NCBI GenBank assembly: GCA_036918135.1 | Contig: JBALDB010000007.1 | Coordinates: 1 to 64,000 of the forward strand | Origin: Nostoc sp. | Lineage (GTDB): Bacteria; Cyanobacteriota; Cyanobacteriia; Cyanobacteriales; Nostocaceae | Direction: 5' to 3' | DNA: 64,000 bases | Shown here: positions 18,300-30,687 of the stretch, piece by piece | Position numbering within the stretch: the stretch's first letter is position 1 | How the letters are laid out: every line of letters starts with the position of its first letter | Notes under the pieces: model-generated | The model's database searches: none | What the model was told of the DNA's origin: nothing | Seen by the model: only the letters and a program-made list of their open reading frames with translations | Made by a program: the position numbers and the translations under genes

Positions 18300-20609
18300 T
18301 TAGTGGGTCTGTTCAGCGGGAACGTCGAAGCGATCGAGCATCATTACCTTGTTCCAGGCTGCGACGAAGTCCTTGACCATCCGCTCGTGACCGTCATCAG
18401 CACCATAGACTTCAGCAATTTGACGAAGTTCCGCGTTCGAGCCGAAGATGAGATCGCAGCGGGTTGCGGTGAACTTCGCTGCACCGGTTTCGCGATCGCA
18501 GATATCAAAAAACATCTCGCGATGGTCAGCAGGCTTCCACTCGTAGTCCATACTTGTCAGGACACGGAAAAAGTCATTGGTCAAGACACCCGGTCGGTCA
18601 GTGAAGTTACCGTGCTTTGAATAGTCCCAATTCTGATCTAGCGCGCGAAGTCCGCCGACCAGAACCGTCCACTCAGGCGCAGTCAGCGTCAGGAGCTGCG
18701 CCCGATCCAGAAAGATCCGCTCCGGCTTCACTTTATAGCCGACCGCCTCATTGTGATAATTTCTGAAACCGTCCGAAACTGGCTTCAACCAATTAAACAT
18801 TTCAACATCTGTCAGTTCCTGAGTTGTATCCATCCGACCTGGCGTAAACGGGACGGCAACAGAAACCCCAGCGTCTTGCGCGGCTTTTTCGACCGCAGCA
18901 CAGCCACCGAGGACGATCAGATCTGCGATCGAGATTTTTTTGTTGCCCGACTGAGCGCTGTCAAAGTCTGCCTGAATTTGCTCAAGGGTCGATAAGACCT
19001 TGCCGAGCTCCTGTGGGCGGTTCATTTCCCAGTCCTTCTGGGGATTGAGGCGAACGCGCCCCCCATTTGCACCGCCGCGCTTGTCAGAATGGCGGTGACT
19101 CGATGCCGCGGCCCAAGCGGCTGACACGAGCGCCGAAACCGAGAGTCCACTCGCTAAAATCTGATCCTTGAGAGACTTGATATCAGCGGCATCCACGACA
19201 TCATGATCGAGTGCCGGAATTGGATCTTGCCAGATCAGATCTTCCTCTGGGATTTCCGGACCAAGATAGCGCGTTTTCGGCCCCATGTCTCGATGGATCA
19301 GCTTATACCAGGCGCGCGCGAACGCATCGCTGAAGTAATCGAAGTCACCCAAGTAGCGCTGACAAATCTCCTGATAGACCGGATCGACCTTCAAGGCAAT
19401 GTCCGAAGTCATCATCATTAACGGGTGCTCAACGCCCTGTTGATGGGCATCTGGTGTCTTTGGCGCATCAGGATTGCTCGGCTTCCACTGAATGGCATCT
19501 GTTGGACTCTTTGTCTGTTCCCAGTCGTACTTAAAAAGATTGGTTAGGTAACTGTTGTCCCACTGGATTGGGTTTGGAGTCCACGATCCTTCGATCCCGT
19601 TCGTCATCGTATATTCGGCAAACCCAGTGCCTTCAGGGTTCTGCCACCCCAAGCCCATAGCCTGAATCGGCGCGGCTTCCGGCGCTGGACCGATCTTGTC
19701 GGGCGAGACCATGCCGTGACTTTTGCCAAAGGCATGACCACCTGCAATCAGCGCGACAGTTTCTTCGTCATTCATGCCCATACGCCCAAACGTCTCGCGA
19801 ATGTCTCGCGCTGAGCCATAAGGGTCGCCTTCGCCGTTTGGACCTTCTGGATTGACGTAAATTAACGCCTGGTGCGAAGCTGCTAGCGGGTTCTCAAGAT
19901 CGTAGTATTCCTCGTTCGGCTTCCCAACCCACCGAATCGTGCGAGTGACCATCTCGTCAGGATGACCAGGGTGTTCCTTGATATTGTCAACCGGATCGCC
20001 GTTCCAGAACTCCGGCCCCCAGTATGTCGCGCGATCTGCCTCCCAGGCATCAATGCGACCGCCACCAAAACCAAAGGTCTTAAAGCCCATGATTTCGAGC
20101 GCGCAGTTGCCAGTAAGACTCATCAAATCAGCCCAGCTTAGTGCCGCACCATATTTCTGCTTGATGGGCCAGAGCAGCCGTCGTGATTTATCTGTGTTCC
20201 CATTATCCCACCACGAATTGATTGGTGCAAAGCGTTGCATACCCTGACTCGCTCCGCCCCGACCGTCTGCGATCCGGTAGGTGCCTGCGGCGTGCCACGC
20301 CATGCGAATCATTTGAGGTCCATAATTCCCATAGTCGGCGGGCCACCAGTCCTTTGAATCGGTCAGCAGCGCTTTGATATCGCTCTTCAACTGTTCGAAG
20401 TCAATCTTCGCGAAGGCTCCTTTGTAATCGAAATCTCGCAGTGGGTTAGCTTGGGGCAAATTTTGGTGAAGCAGTTCGACCTGAAGTCGGTTCGGCCACC
20501 AATCATCGACTTGTGGCTTGGAGCCGAGCGCACCGCCAATGCGGGTTCCCCGGAAGGGACATTGTGCAGGAGGGGTAGCAGGGTTGTTGTTCATGGGGCT
20601 GTTATTCAT
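18300..20609 (-). CDS. katG: Catalase-peroxidase
   Basis: [80 protein letters not shown]. Confidence 0.97.
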   Translation of the reverse strand: MNNSPMNNNPATPPAQCPFRGTRIGGALGSKPQVDDWWPNRLQVELLHQNLPQANPLRDFDYKGAFAKIDFEQLKSDIKALLTDSKDWWPADYGNYGPQMIRMAWHAAGTYRIADGRGGASQGMQRFAPINSWWDNGNTDKSRRLLWPIKQKYGAALSWADLMSLTGNCALEIMGFKTFGFGGGRIDAWEADRATYWGPEFWNGDPVDNIKEHPGHPDEMVTRTIRWVGKPNEEYYDLENPLAASHQALIYVNPEGPNGEGDPYGSARDIRETFGRMGMNDEETVALIAGGHAFGKSHGMVSPDKIGPAPEAAPIQAMGLGWQNPEGTGFAEYTMTNGIEGSWTPNPIQWDNSYLTNLFKYDWEQTKSPTDAIQWKPSNPDAPKTPDAHQQGVEHPLMMMTSDIALKVDPVYQEICQRYLGDFDYFSDAFARAWYKLIHRDMGPKTRYLGPEIPEEDLIWQDPIPALDHDVVDAADIKSLKDQILASGLSVSALVSAAWAAASSHRHSDKRGGANGGRVRLNPQKDWEMNRPQELGKVLSTLEQIQADFDSAQSGNKKISIADLIVLGGCAAVEKAAQDAGVSVAVPFTPGRMDTTQELTDVEMFNWLKPVSDGFRNYHNEAVGYKVKPERIFLDRAQLLTLTAPEWTVLVGGLRALDQNWDYSKHGNFTDRPGVLTNDFFRVLTSMDYEWKPADHREMFFDICDRETGAAKFTATRCDLIFGSNAELRQIAEVYGADDGHERMVKDFVAAWNKVMMLDRFDVPAEQTH

Positions 20610-21532
20610 TCAGTTCAATCCTTCTTCATTAAGTTTAATTCTCTCTAAGAGTTTATGTTAGTCAAACTATGTTGAGCGCCGCCATTTGTGGCGCTTTGAA
20701 CAGCAAGTGCCTTCATCGCTAAGGTTCTTGCAAGTGTTGAATGAGCTACCCTTTGCTAAAGGCATTCATTAGGGCACATTTATGCTATAAAACCGAGATA
20801 TGACCAAAAACCTGCAAGATGTCCCGAAAAGGTTTGATTTTATGTTGTAAATAACGGCTTTTTTGAATCGGAAGTAACAAATTATTAAAACCAGACAGGA
20901 CAAGGGTTTGCAGACCATCTTGCAGAGAATTACTCAAATTTTGGCCACCCGTGACAGGTTAAGAGAATTGCACATTTGTCAAGTGGATACGAAAAAAGGG
21001 GACAGTTCAGCTTGGGGACTGGCTTTCGCAGAGTTTACCTAACAATGTTGCCCACTTCTTCCTTTACCCCTCTTTCAAGAAATTAGGCAGGAGGCAGGAG
21101 GCAGGAGACAGAAGGGAAGAGGATTTGACTTGTTTCTCCCATCCATAACGGAAGCTAGCGCGTCCGTAAACAGCTTGTGTCACTTTCCGGGATAAGCAAG
21201 TAGTTTAGGAGCTAAATTATCCAGAAGCATAACAGGGTTTAAATTGATTCATGGCTGCAATTAAATGATTGAATCCAAGCAATAAATGTGAATTAGGGAA
21301 AATACTTAACCAGGGATAAATTAACCAAAATAGTAAAAATGGTTGGATAATGAGACGTAGATTATTTAAAGTATTCTTACATCCGTATTCATAGTTCTAT
21401 TGCGGATGATTATAAAAATCAACATCACTATTTTCCTGTGCCTTAGTCTCAAGTTGACAAGATTGATTTAAGCCTAAGAAAACTGGAGAATTTAAACTAA
21501 ACCGCAGTGTTAACACAAAAAATAATCTCCCA

Positions 21533-21590
21533 CCCTTCGGGTTCGCCAGTCGCTACAACGGGGGGAACCCCCGCAACGCGCTGGCTCACC
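21533..21590. repeat. Nostoc-type hairpin dispersed repeat
   Basis: cccttcggg..gccagtcgctacaacggggggaacccccgcaacgcgctggc stem-loop. Confidence 0.6.
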
Positions 21591-21680
21591 ACCTCTTAAT
21601 ATGTTGGAAATCAGTAAAACGGTAATCTGTCCAACCTAGTTCCTGTTTACAGTGTTGAAACCCATATTCTACTCAGGTTC

Positions 21681-22340
21681 TTAATCCATATATTTTTGAG
21701 TCAATCCATAGGATTTTGAATATCCATCAAATGCTAATCGAGTCAATAAGTAATTTTCCCACTGACCGATGAGTAATTGCTTAATCCGTGCTGCAACTGG
21801 TACTTCGCAAGGAACAACTTGATAATCGATGCTAAAGTGGGACACTATAAATGCAGTCCGCCTGACATGGTATGGCGACGTAACAATCAAAGCCGAAGAC
21901 CAGTGATTTTTAAGCACGATCTTGGTTGCATTCAATAGATTCTGGTAAGTATTTCTTGCTTGTGTGTCTGTCAGTAAAGCACTTCTAGGAACTCCTAGAG
22001 AGTGGGCGAAATTTGCCATCACATCAGCTTCAACATAGTGATTATAGACGGCTGCACCTGAAAACAAAATATATTTTGCCCGTCCAGCGTGAAAGAGTTC
22101 TACAGCTTTGAGAACTCTTTGCCGTGCAATCTCACCAATGCTGCCGTCTGAATTTGCGGGGTTGCCAAGTACAACGATCGCATCGAAGGTTTGGTGTTTC
22201 GAGTTGACCAAGGGTGCTTGACAGCAAAATAGAGGAACAATATTAATTACAAGTAGTGAAACTGGTATCGTCAACAAAATCGGTATAACGAACCATAGTG
22301 CTGCTCGATTTTTCGTTGCAAATTTCCATTGCATTCTCAT
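21681..22340 (-). CDS. YdcF/DUF218-family protein
   Basis: N-terminal TM segment; DAIVVLG, ILFSGA, EA.VMA, ARNTYQN, LIVTSPYHVRR. Confidence 0.88.
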   Translation of the reverse strand: MRMQWKFATKNRAALWFVIPILLTIPVSLLVINIVPLFCCQAPLVNSKHQTFDAIVVLGNPANSDGSIGEIARQRVLKAVELFHAGRAKYILFSGAAVYNHYVEADVMANFAHSLGVPRSALLTDTQARNTYQNLLNATKIVLKNHWSSALIVTSPYHVRRTAFIVSHFSIDYQVVPCEVPVAARIKQLLIGQWENYLLTRLAFDGYSKSYGLTQKYMD

Positions 22341-22794
22341 AATTTACAGTTTTATCAAGGTTAGCCTTCTTCTACCTGAAACATCAAGAATACCCGACCC
22401 CATACCCCACAAAAAAGAACGAACTATTTAAAAGCCTTGCATAATCAAAATTTTCATGAGTGAGTACATACTTAATACATATTAATAGATGCCAGATTGT
22501 AAATGAGATACTAATATTTCCTGTATTTATCGAAAGTTAACTTTAGAGTAGAAGTAGGCAATAGATAAGTATCATAATATTCTGGTTTTGTACTCGATTG
22601 TCGAGACAATCAAACCGAATTTTTATAACTGCCGCTGCTACTGTTCGCTGTTTTAATAAATAATCCTTCCAAGCAATCTTTAGTTTTCAAGTTAGATATA
22701 TTTAATACCTTAACTTTCTAGCTTTGGCTATTTCTATTTTTTCTATTTACGTGTTCCGATAATGCAGTTTAGAGGCGGGGACAAAAATCAAATT

Positions 22795-25700
22795 ATGAAC
22801 AAAACCTTTGCAACTATTGACGGGAATGAAGCTGTTGCCCGTGTTGCTTACAAATTAAATGAAGCGATCGCCATTTATCCGATCACTCCCTCTTCAGCAA
22901 TGGGTGAATGGGCGGATGCTTGGTCAGCAGAAGGTCGTCCTAACCTTTGGGGAACTATTCCTAGCGTTGTGCAGATGCAAAGCGAAGGAGGAGCCGCAGC
23001 TGCTGTACATGGAGCATTGCAAACAGGTTCCCTGAGTACTACCTTCACGGCATCTCAGGGATTATTGTTGATGATACCCAATCTCTACAAAATTGCAGGT
23101 GAATTAACTAGCGCTACAATTCACGTTGCTGCACGCTCCCTGGCTACTCATGCTTTATCAATTTTTGGTGACCATAGCGACGTGATGGCAGCTCGGGCTA
23201 CTGGTTTTGCTCTATTGTGTTCTGCTTCAGTGCAGGAAAGCCAAGACTTTGCTCTCATCGCCCATGCTGCTACCCTAGAGGCGCGAGTCTCATTTATGCA
23301 TTTCTTTGACGGTTTTCGTACTTCCCATGAAGTGCAGAAAGTCAAACTGCTTTCAGAAGACGATTTGCGATCGCTCATTGACGACCATCTCATACTCGCC
23401 CATCGCCGCCGCGCCCTCACCCCAGACCGCCCAGTATTGCGGGGTACTGCCCAAAACCCCGATGTCTACTTCCAATCTCGTGAAGCTGCTAACTCTTACT
23501 ACAACGCCTGTCCCGAAATTGTCCAGCGAATAATGGATCGATTTGGAGAACGCACAGACAGGCATTACCAAATTTTTGAATATTATGGTGCTAGCGATGC
23601 CGAGCGCATCATCGTTCTCATGGGTTCAGGCTGTGAAACCGTCCATGAAACAGTAGATTATCTCAACGCCCGTGGTGAAAAAGTTGGTGTGGTGAAAGTG
23701 CGACTTTACCGACCTTTTGATGTCCAAAGATTTGTTGCAGTATTGCCTAGTAGTGTACAAGCGATCGCCGTTCTCGACCGCACCAAAGAACCAGGTAGCG
23801 CCGGTGAGCCATTGTATTTAGATGTGGTGGCTGCTATTCATGAAGCATGGGGAGGAGAAGCAGGGGAGCAGGGAGCAGGGAGCAGAGGGGAGGATCTTCC
23901 CCCTGCCAGTCTGCCTCAAGTTGTTGGTGGTCGCTACGGTCTTTCATCCAAAGAATTTACGCCAGCGATGGTTAAGGGCATTTTTGATAACTTGGCCCAA
24001 AGTCAACCGAAAAATCATTTTACTATTGGTATTAATGACGACGTTACTTACACTTCTCTGAGCTTTGACCCAAAATTTTCTACGGAATCGAATAACGTTG
24101 TCAGGGCAATGTTCTATGGGTTGGGTTCAGATGGTACAGTTGGCGCTAACAAAAACTCTATCAAAATTATTGGTGAAGAAACTGATAATTATGCCCAAGG
24201 CTACTTTGTCTACGACTCGAAGAAATCTGGCTCGATGACCGTTTCTCATTTGCGCTTCGGCAAAGAGCCAATTCGCTCAACTTACTTAATCGACCAAGCT
24301 AACTTTATTGGGTGTCATCACTGGGGATTTCTGGAACGCATAGATATTTTAAAAGCTGCTACTGTGGGAGCGACTTTGTTGCTTAATAGTCCCTATGATG
24401 CAGATAGCGTTTGGGAAAATTTACCGCTTAAGGTGCAGCAGCAAATTATTGAGAAGCAGTTGAAGTTATATGTAATTAATGCCAATCAAGTTGCCCGTGA
24501 AAGTGGCATGGGTGGCAGAATTAACACAATTATGCAAGTATGCTTCTTTGCCTTAGCTGGAGTCTTGCCAGAAGAAGAAGCGATCGCCAAAATTAAACAA
24601 GCGATTGAAAAGACTTACGGTAAAAAAGGTGCAGAAGTTGTCCGCATGAATTTGCAAGCCGTAGACAACACCCTAGATAATTTGCACAAGGTAGATATAC
24701 CACAGACACTCCAAAATCCTCACTCTTGTACAGACGCGATTAATCGCGTCTCTCCTAATTCTGCTCCTGAATTTGTCCAGGAAGTTTTAGGCAAAATCAT
24801 GATCTGGGAAGGTGACGATTTACCTGTCAGCACACTACCAGTTGACGGCACTTTTCCTGTAGGTACTGCTAAGTGGGAAAAACGCAACGTTGCCCAAGAG
24901 ATACCTGTTTGGGAGCCGAATGTCTGCGTTCAATGCGGTAAGTGCGTGATGGTTTGTCCCCATAGCGCTATCCGTGCTAAGGCCTATCAAGTCGATGAGT
25001 TAATTAATGCACCAGAAACCTTCAAGTCAACTAATGCCAAAGATAAAGACTTTGCCAATCAAAAGTTTACTATTCAGGTCGCTCCAGAAGATTGTACGGG
25101 ATGTACTATTTGTGTAGAAATTTGCCCAGCCAAAAATAAATCTGAGCCATTGCGTAAAGCGATTAATATGGCACAACAATTGCCATTGCGGGAACAAGAG
25201 CAGAAAAACTGGGATTTCTTTTTAAGTTTACCCAATCCTGACAGGCGGCAGTTGAAATTAAATCAGATTCGCCAACAACAATTACAAGAACCTTTATTTG
25301 AATTTTCTGGTGCTTGTGCGGGTTGTGGTGAGACACCTTATTTAAAATTATTAACTCAATTGTTTGGCGATCGCGCTGTCATCGCCAATGCTACAGGTTG
25401 TTCTTCAATTTACGGCGGTAATCTCCCCACCACTCCCTGGACAACCAACGCCCAAGGACGCGGCCCAGCATGGTCTAATAATCTATTTGAAGATAACGCT
25501 GAATTTGGTTTTGGTTTCCGTTTATCTGTGGATAAACAAGCCGAATTTGCAGCGGAACTCTTGCAACAATTGAGCAGTGAATTAGATGAAAACCTAGTTT
25601 ATTCTATCCTCAAAGCCGAACAAAAATCTGAAGCTGATATTTGGGAACAGCGAGAACGGATAGAATTGTTGCAGCAAAAGTTAGATGAAATCTCGACTTT

Positions 25701-26412
25701 TGACCCCTATGTAAAATCCAAAATCCAAAATCTCAAATCCCTTGCTGATTATCTAGTGAAAAAAAGCGTTTGGATTGTTGGCGGTGATGGTTGGGCTTAT
25801 GATATTGACTTTGGTGGTATCGACCACGTGCTAGCTAGTGGTCGCAATGTCAATATCTTGGTCATGGATACAGAAGTATATTCCAACACAGGCGGTCAAT
25901 CTTCCAAAGCTACACCACGAGCCGCAGTTGCAAAATTTGCTGCCAGTGGTAAGTCTGCACCAAAGAAAGACTTGGGTATGATTGCCATGACCTACGGAAA
26001 TATCTACGTAGCGAGTGTAGCCTTGGGTGCTAGAGACGAACATACCCTGAAGGCATTTTTGGAAGCAGAAGCTTATGATGGGCCGTCGTTGATTATTGCT
26101 TACAGCCATTGCATCGCCCACGGGATTAACATGACTACAGGCATGAATCATCAAAAAGCCTTGGTAGAATCAGGTCGTTGGTTGCTGTATCGTCATAATC
26201 CAGAGTTGCAAAAACAAGGTAAAAATCCTTTGCAATTAGATATGCGATCGCCTACGCAATCTGTAGAAGATTCGATGTATCAAGAAAATCGTTTCAAAAT
26301 GCTTACTAAGAGCAAACCCGACGTTGCTAAGCACTTATTAGAACAAGCCCAAGCTGAGGTAGATGCACGTTGGCAGATGTACCAATATTTAGCAAAGCGT
26401 GAAATTCTTTAA
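22795..26412 (+). CDS. nifJ: Pyruvate:ferredoxin/flavodoxin oxidoreductase
   Basis: DGNEAVA, YPITPSS, MQSEGGAA, GLGSDGTVGANKNS, CVQCGKCVMVCP, CTGCTICVEICP, GDGWAYDI, YSHCIAHG. ATG at 22795 preferred. Confidence 0.97.
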   Translation: MNKTFATIDGNEAVARVAYKLNEAIAIYPITPSSAMGEWADAWSAEGRPNLWGTIPSVVQMQSEGGAAAAVHGALQTGSLSTTFTASQGLLLMIPNLYKIAGELTSATIHVAARSLATHALSIFGDHSDVMAARATGFALLCSASVQESQDFALIAHAATLEARVSFMHFFDGFRTSHEVQKVKLLSEDDLRSLIDDHLILAHRRRALTPDRPVLRGTAQNPDVYFQSREAANSYYNACPEIVQRIMDRFGERTDRHYQIFEYYGASDAERIIVLMGSGCETVHETVDYLNARGEKVGVVKVRLYRPFDVQRFVAVLPSSVQAIAVLDRTKEPGSAGEPLYLDVVAAIHEAWGGEAGEQGAGSRGEDLPPASLPQVVGGRYGLSSKEFTPAMVKGIFDNLAQSQPKNHFTIGINDDVTYTSLSFDPKFSTESNNVVRAMFYGLGSDGTVGANKNSIKIIGEETDNYAQGYFVYDSKKSGSMTVSHLRFGKEPIRSTYLIDQANFIGCHHWGFLERIDILKAATVGATLLLNSPYDADSVWENLPLKVQQQIIEKQLKLYVINANQVARESGMGGRINTIMQVCFFALAGVLPEEEAIAKIKQAIEKTYGKKGAEVVRMNLQAVDNTLDNLHKVDIPQTLQNPHSCTDAINRVSPNSAPEFVQEVLGKIMIWEGDDLPVSTLPVDGTFPVGTAKWEKRNVAQEIPVWEPNVCVQCGKCVMVCPHSAIRAKAYQVDELINAPETFKSTNAKDKDFANQKFTIQVAPEDCTGCTICVEICPAKNKSEPLRKAINMAQQLPLREQEQKNWDFFLSLPNPDRRQLKLNQIRQQQLQEPLFEFSGACAGCGETPYLKLLTQLFGDRAVIANATGCSSIYGGNLPTTPWTTNAQGRGPAWSNNLFEDNAEFGFGFRLSVDKQAEFAAELLQQLSSELDENLVYSILKAEQKSEADIWEQRERIELLQQKLDEISTFDPYVKSKIQNLKSLADYLVKKSVWIVGGDGWAYDIDFGGIDHVLASGRNVNILVMDTEVYSNTGGQSSKATPRAAVAKFAASGKSAPKKDLGMIAMTYGNIYVASVALGARDEHTLKAFLEAEAYDGPSLIIAYSHCIAHGINMTTGMNHQKALVESGRWLLYRHNPELQKQGKNPLQLDMRSPTQSVEDSMYQENRFKMLTKSKPDVAKHLLEQAQAEVDARWQMYQYLAKREIL

Positions 26413-26639
26413 AAATCTGCGCTGGTTGTGGTGGCACCAACGTTTTTGGAAGAAAAACCAGTATTTTAAAAAAAATGGCGATTTTTGGGAAAATAAAATT
26501 ATTTTCTGCATCAAATCGTCATTTTAATCACAAACATTGCTATTTTCCTTACTAACCTTGTGGTATAAGTTGTGTTGAACACGAACTTTAGCCAAAAAAG
26601 GCGCAGATGTTGACTTTTATTTGTCAAACTAAGAAGAGT

Positions 26640-26668
26640 GCAATGTCTATGACAGGCTACATCTACAC
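26640..26668. repeat. Degenerate SDR5-like 21-nt element in a decayed HIP1 site
   Basis: gcaat + gtctatgacaggctacatcta + cac; similar to the reverse complement of 37925-37953. Confidence 0.65.
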
Positions 26669-27303
26669 AAAAACTTTACTTGGCACTTCCTATAATTAAC
26701 TCTGACTTTACCAAAAAGACGCTAAGCCTATTGACATTGGTTAGGCTTCATAAGAGTATTTAAGTGGTTTAACGGCTATCAAAGTAAATTTTGCTTATAA
26801 AATCAAATCAATTGACTAGCTAACATCAAAAGACTGCTGTCAATACAATTCGTAAGTCCTAGCTTTGTAATTCGTGATTAAATTTCTTAATTAGGAATTA
26901 CATAGCTTGGTTATGGCTAGAGGCGAGTATTACAAATTACGAATTATTTAATTACTGCTATCAGTGGGATGTGGCAGTAGAGGGACATCAAACAGTGTAG
27001 GCAGGAAAATATTAATGTACAGCAGATTTCAAGTTAATGCAGTACAGTATCGAGGTCTCAAAGCTAGGCAGAGAAACTATTCTAATTCTGAATTGCTGAA
27101 TTCTGACACCTTGGCGGAGCGTCTTTGGCTCTGCTCCTGAATTCTGCTGTATATGCCATATCAGCCAATGTATAAGCTAATACAGTTGGCTTTAGCTTCA
27201 AAAGACATCTTGTAAATCCTGACTGAGCAGTTTAGTACTAAGTTTCCTAGTGTGTTTGCTAATGACTAACAACAAATAACTCATAAAAACTAATACTGAA
27301 GAA

Positions 27304-29859
27304 ATGATGGCAAATTCAACTTTTAATCTTTCGGATCTCAACGGTACTAACGGCTTTGTTATCAACGGTATTAATGCATATGACAACTTAGGCTTCTCTG
27401 TGAGCAGTGCGGGAGACATCAACGGCGACGGTCTTGACGACGTGATTATCGGGGCACCGGGTGTTAACGCCAACGGCATCAACGGCTCAGGGCAAAGTTA
27501 CGTGGTGTTTGGTAGCAAGGCGAGTTTTGATGCCAGCTTTGACCTCTCCACCCTCAACGGCACTAACGGCTTTGCCATCAACGGCATCAATCAATTTGAC
27601 GGTTCAGGCACGTCTATCAGCAGTGCGGGAGACATCAACGGCGACGGCATCAACGACCTGATTATCGGAGCATCAGGTGCCGACCCCAACGGCGAGTTTT
27701 CAGGGCAGAGTTACGTGGTGTTTGGCAGCAAAACCCCTTTTAATGCCCAATTCAACCTCTCCACCCTCAACGGCACTAATGGCTTTGCCATCAACGGCAT
27801 CAATGAATTTGAATTCTCAGGTAATGTTAGCAGTGCGGGAGACATCAACGGCGATGGCATCGACGACGTGATTATCGGGGCAGGTAGTGCCTCCCCCAAC
27901 GGCATCAACTACTCAGGGCAGAGCTACGTGGTATTTGGTAGCAAGGGGAGTTTTGATGCCCAATTTAACCTCTCTACCCTCAACGGTACTAATGGCTTTG
28001 CTATCAACGGCATCAATTCAGATGACTACTCAGGCATCTCGGTCAGCAGTGCGGGAGACATCAACGGCGATGGCATCGACGACCTGATTATCGGGGCACC
28101 CATTGCCGACCCCAACGGTCAAAACTCAGGGCTGAGCTATGTGGTGTTTGGCAGCAAAGGAGGTTTTGATGCCCAACTCAACCTCTCCACCCTCAACGGC
28201 ACTAACGGCTTTGCCATCAATGGCATCAATCAATTTGACGGTTTGGGCAAGTCTATCAGCGATGCGGGAGATATCAACGGCGACGGCATCGATGACCTGA
28301 TTATCGGAGCATATCGTGCCGACCCCAACGGCAAGTTTTCAGGGCAGAGTTACGTGGTGTTTGGCAGCAAGGGGAGTTTTAATGCCCAACTCAACCTCTT
28401 CACCCTCAACGGCACTAACGGCTTTGCCATTAACGGCATCAATGCATATGACAACTCAGGCACGTCTATCAGCAGTGCGGGAGACATCAACGGCGACGGT
28501 CTTGACGACGTGATTATCGGGGCAGTAAATGCCGACCCCAACGGCGAGTTTTCAGGGCAGAGCTACGTGGTGTTTGGCAGCAAAACCTCCTTTGCTGCCA
28601 GCTTTGACCTCTCCACCCTCAACGGCATTAACGGTTTTACCATCAACGGCATCAATGGAGGTGACAACTCAGGCACGTCTATCAGCAGTGCGGGAGACAT
28701 CAACAATGATAGCTTCGCTGACCTGATTATCGGGGCACCAAATGCCGCCGCCAACGGCATCAGCAGCTCAGGGCAGAGCTACGTGGTGTTTGGCGGGAAG
28801 AACATCGGCAGTGGCAGCACTGTTAACCTAACGGGAACTGCTGATGCAGACACTCTCATCGGTACAATTGGAAACAACATCATCGACGGCAAAGCTGGTA
28901 ATGATACCCTCACAGGCAACGGTGGTCAAGATAAGTTTGTGTTTCACTCTGGCGATCGCAATGACATTATCACCGATTTTGGTGGCGTAGGTAAAGGCTC
29001 AAACCCATCATCAGCAGTGATTGCCAACGTTGATACACTGGAATTTATCGGTAGTGGATTGACTGCCCGAAATCTGCAATTAACTCCAATAGGCAACAAC
29101 TTAGAAGTCACCTTTGAAAATGTCGCTAATACCAAAGTCACACTGCAAAACTTCCTCTTAGAAAACCTGGATAACCTGCCAGCAACTTCTTCAACACCTG
29201 CACTCGGCAATATAAAGTTTGATGGGCAAACCAGGATCGCTGACAGCTTTGATGTGATTAATGCTAACTCTACTCAAACTAGCATTTTCAACAAAAACAC
29301 TGTCACCTTCCTCAATGACTTAGACAATAACATCACAGGTTTTAACAACTCCAATGATGTGATTAATGGTCAGAGGGGTAATGACAAAATTGACGGCAAG
29401 AGTGGTAACGACCTTTTGAGAGGTGGAACTGGTAATGATACTCTTATTGGTGGTGCAGGCAATGATACTCTTGTGGGCGATGCTGGTAATGATTGTCTTA
29501 CAGGTGGTGCTGGTGCTGACTATTTCCTTTACAACACTAATGCTGCCTTTGCCAGTTCTGCTGTTGGTCAAGATATCATTACTGACTTTAAACACTCCCA
29601 AAATGACAAGATTATTCTGGATAAAACTACTTTTAGTGCTATCAATTCTGCTGCGGGAACAGGTTTCAGTAATGCCAGTGATTTTCAAATCACTTCTTCA
29701 GCCGGGATTAGCACAGCGAAAATTATGTACAACAGTGTGACTGGGCAGTTGTTCTACAACCAAAATGGTAATGCGGCTGGTTTTGGTAGCGGTGGTCTAT
29801 TTGCCATTCTTACTGGTGCGCCAACTCTCAGTGCATTAGATTTTGTGGTGCAAGCGTAG
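27304..29859 (+). CDS. FG-GAP (integrin-alpha-like beta-propeller) repeat protein with RTX/hemolysin-type Ca-binding C-terminus
   Basis: 7 copies of [18 protein letters not shown]...SGQSYVVFG (~213-bp period), followed by GGxGNDxL nonapeptides and a T1SS-like C-terminus. Confidence 0.92.
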   Translation: MMANSTFNLSDLNGTNGFVINGINAYDNLGFSVSSAGDINGDGLDDVIIGAPGVNANGINGSGQSYVVFGSKASFDASFDLSTLNGTNGFAINGINQFDGSGTSISSAGDINGDGINDLIIGASGADPNGEFSGQSYVVFGSKTPFNAQFNLSTLNGTNGFAINGINEFEFSGNVSSAGDINGDGIDDVIIGAGSASPNGINYSGQSYVVFGSKGSFDAQFNLSTLNGTNGFAINGINSDDYSGISVSSAGDINGDGIDDLIIGAPIADPNGQNSGLSYVVFGSKGGFDAQLNLSTLNGTNGFAINGINQFDGLGKSISDAGDINGDGIDDLIIGAYRADPNGKFSGQSYVVFGSKGSFNAQLNLFTLNGTNGFAINGINAYDNSGTSISSAGDINGDGLDDVIIGAVNADPNGEFSGQSYVVFGSKTSFAASFDLSTLNGINGFTINGINGGDNSGTSISSAGDINNDSFADLIIGAPNAAANGISSSGQSYVVFGGKNIGSGSTVNLTGTADADTLIGTIGNNIIDGKAGNDTLTGNGGQDKFVFHSGDRNDIITDFGGVGKGSNPSSAVIANVDTLEFIGSGLTARNLQLTPIGNNLEVTFENVANTKVTLQNFLLENLDNLPATSSTPALGNIKFDGQTRIADSFDVINANSTQTSIFNKNTVTFLNDLDNNITGFNNSNDVINGQRGNDKIDGKSGNDLLRGGTGNDTLIGGAGNDTLVGDAGNDCLTGGAGADYFLYNTNAAFASSAVGQDIITDFKHSQNDKIILDKTTFSAINSAAGTGFSNASDFQITSSAGISTAKIMYNSVTGQLFYNQNGNAAGFGSGGLFAILTGAPTLSALDFVVQA

Positions 29860-29870
29860 TTCACTCCAAA

Positions 29871-29919
29871 CAAGGAAGTTCAAGCTGGAAATTTTGTATT
29901 CCCAGCTTGAACTTCCTTG
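29871..29919. terminator. Long inverted repeat between convergent genes (probable bidirectional terminator)
   Basis: caaggaagttcaagctgg...ccagcttgaacttccttg, perfect 18-bp arms. Confidence 0.75.
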
Positions 29920-29927
29920 AAGCATTT

Positions 29928-30536
29928 TCATTCTGGCGAAATTTCCCGATAAGCTTGGCGACACTGCTCATAGTTATCTGGTGAAATCTCAACATTACCA
30001 AAACATAATTGCTCGTGAGTGGTAATTAAAGTTTCGTAAGGCTGTATGGGACGATGAGACGATCGCAACAATTGCAGATATTCTCCATCTGTACGGCTGA
30101 GTTTGTGAGGTGCAATGGCTTGCTGATGCAAGTGCTGCAACATTGCTAAATAAATACAACGACAAGCTTCACGGTAGTTACCCTGACGGTAAAATTGTTG
30201 CGATCGCTCGAACAAAACGGCAATGGATGACTCACTAGAAGCAGTTTTTACGCCCAAATTAGCAAAATTGCCACCTCTACTCAGCCAAGAATTTATATAA
30301 GGACTGAATTCTCGCCATAACCGCCAAACCACCCAAGCGACAAATAAGCCCAATATTAGCCAAAATAGGAATTTCAGTAACTCACCTACCCAAGGACTAA
30401 TTGACCATTCACCAGGCAATTGTGGCAGAGCTTGTCCTAAGCGGTAAAACTGGTATTCCCACCATTCTCCTACTTGTTGTTGAAATTGAGAAAGCTGCCA
30501 ATTCCAGCTAGTTTTTTCAAAAGCATCTGTGGACAT
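29928..30536 (-). CDS. DUF4129-domain membrane protein
   Basis: MSTDAFEK...TM...GNYREACRCIYLAML...SRTDGEYL...HEQLCFG. The longer ORF-track start runs through repeat DNA. Confidence 0.8.
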   Translation of the reverse strand: MSTDAFEKTSWNWQLSQFQQQVGEWWEYQFYRLGQALPQLPGEWSISPWVGELLKFLFWLILGLFVAWVVWRLWREFSPYINSWLSRGGNFANLGVKTASSESSIAVLFERSQQFYRQGNYREACRCIYLAMLQHLHQQAIAPHKLSRTDGEYLQLLRSSHRPIQPYETLITTHEQLCFGNVEISPDNYEQCRQAYREISPE

Positions 30537-30539
30537 AAG

Positions 30540-30682
30540 GAGGGGCAGAGGGGTAGGGGGCAGGGGGAGTGTGGGGAGTGTGGGGAGTGTGGGGGGAAAG
30601 ATTTCTTCCCCATCTTCCCACACCTCCCACACCTCCTTTTCCTCCCACACCTCCTTTTCCTCCCACACTCCCTGTTTGCCCC
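30540..30682. repeat. Short tandem/inverted repeats (ggggagtgt)n / (cccacacct)n
   Basis: Visible G-rich 9-mers followed by complementary C-rich 9-mers. Confidence 0.85.
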
Positions 30683-30687
30683 ATTTT

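Noticed and set aside
20650..21530. Possible gene remnant or ncRNA between katG and the YdcF gene
   Set aside because: I found no convincing reading frame or recognisable RNA structure beyond short repeats.
27461..28760. Series of ~65-aa overlapping ORFs on both strands
   Set aside because: They are shadows of the FG-GAP repeats.
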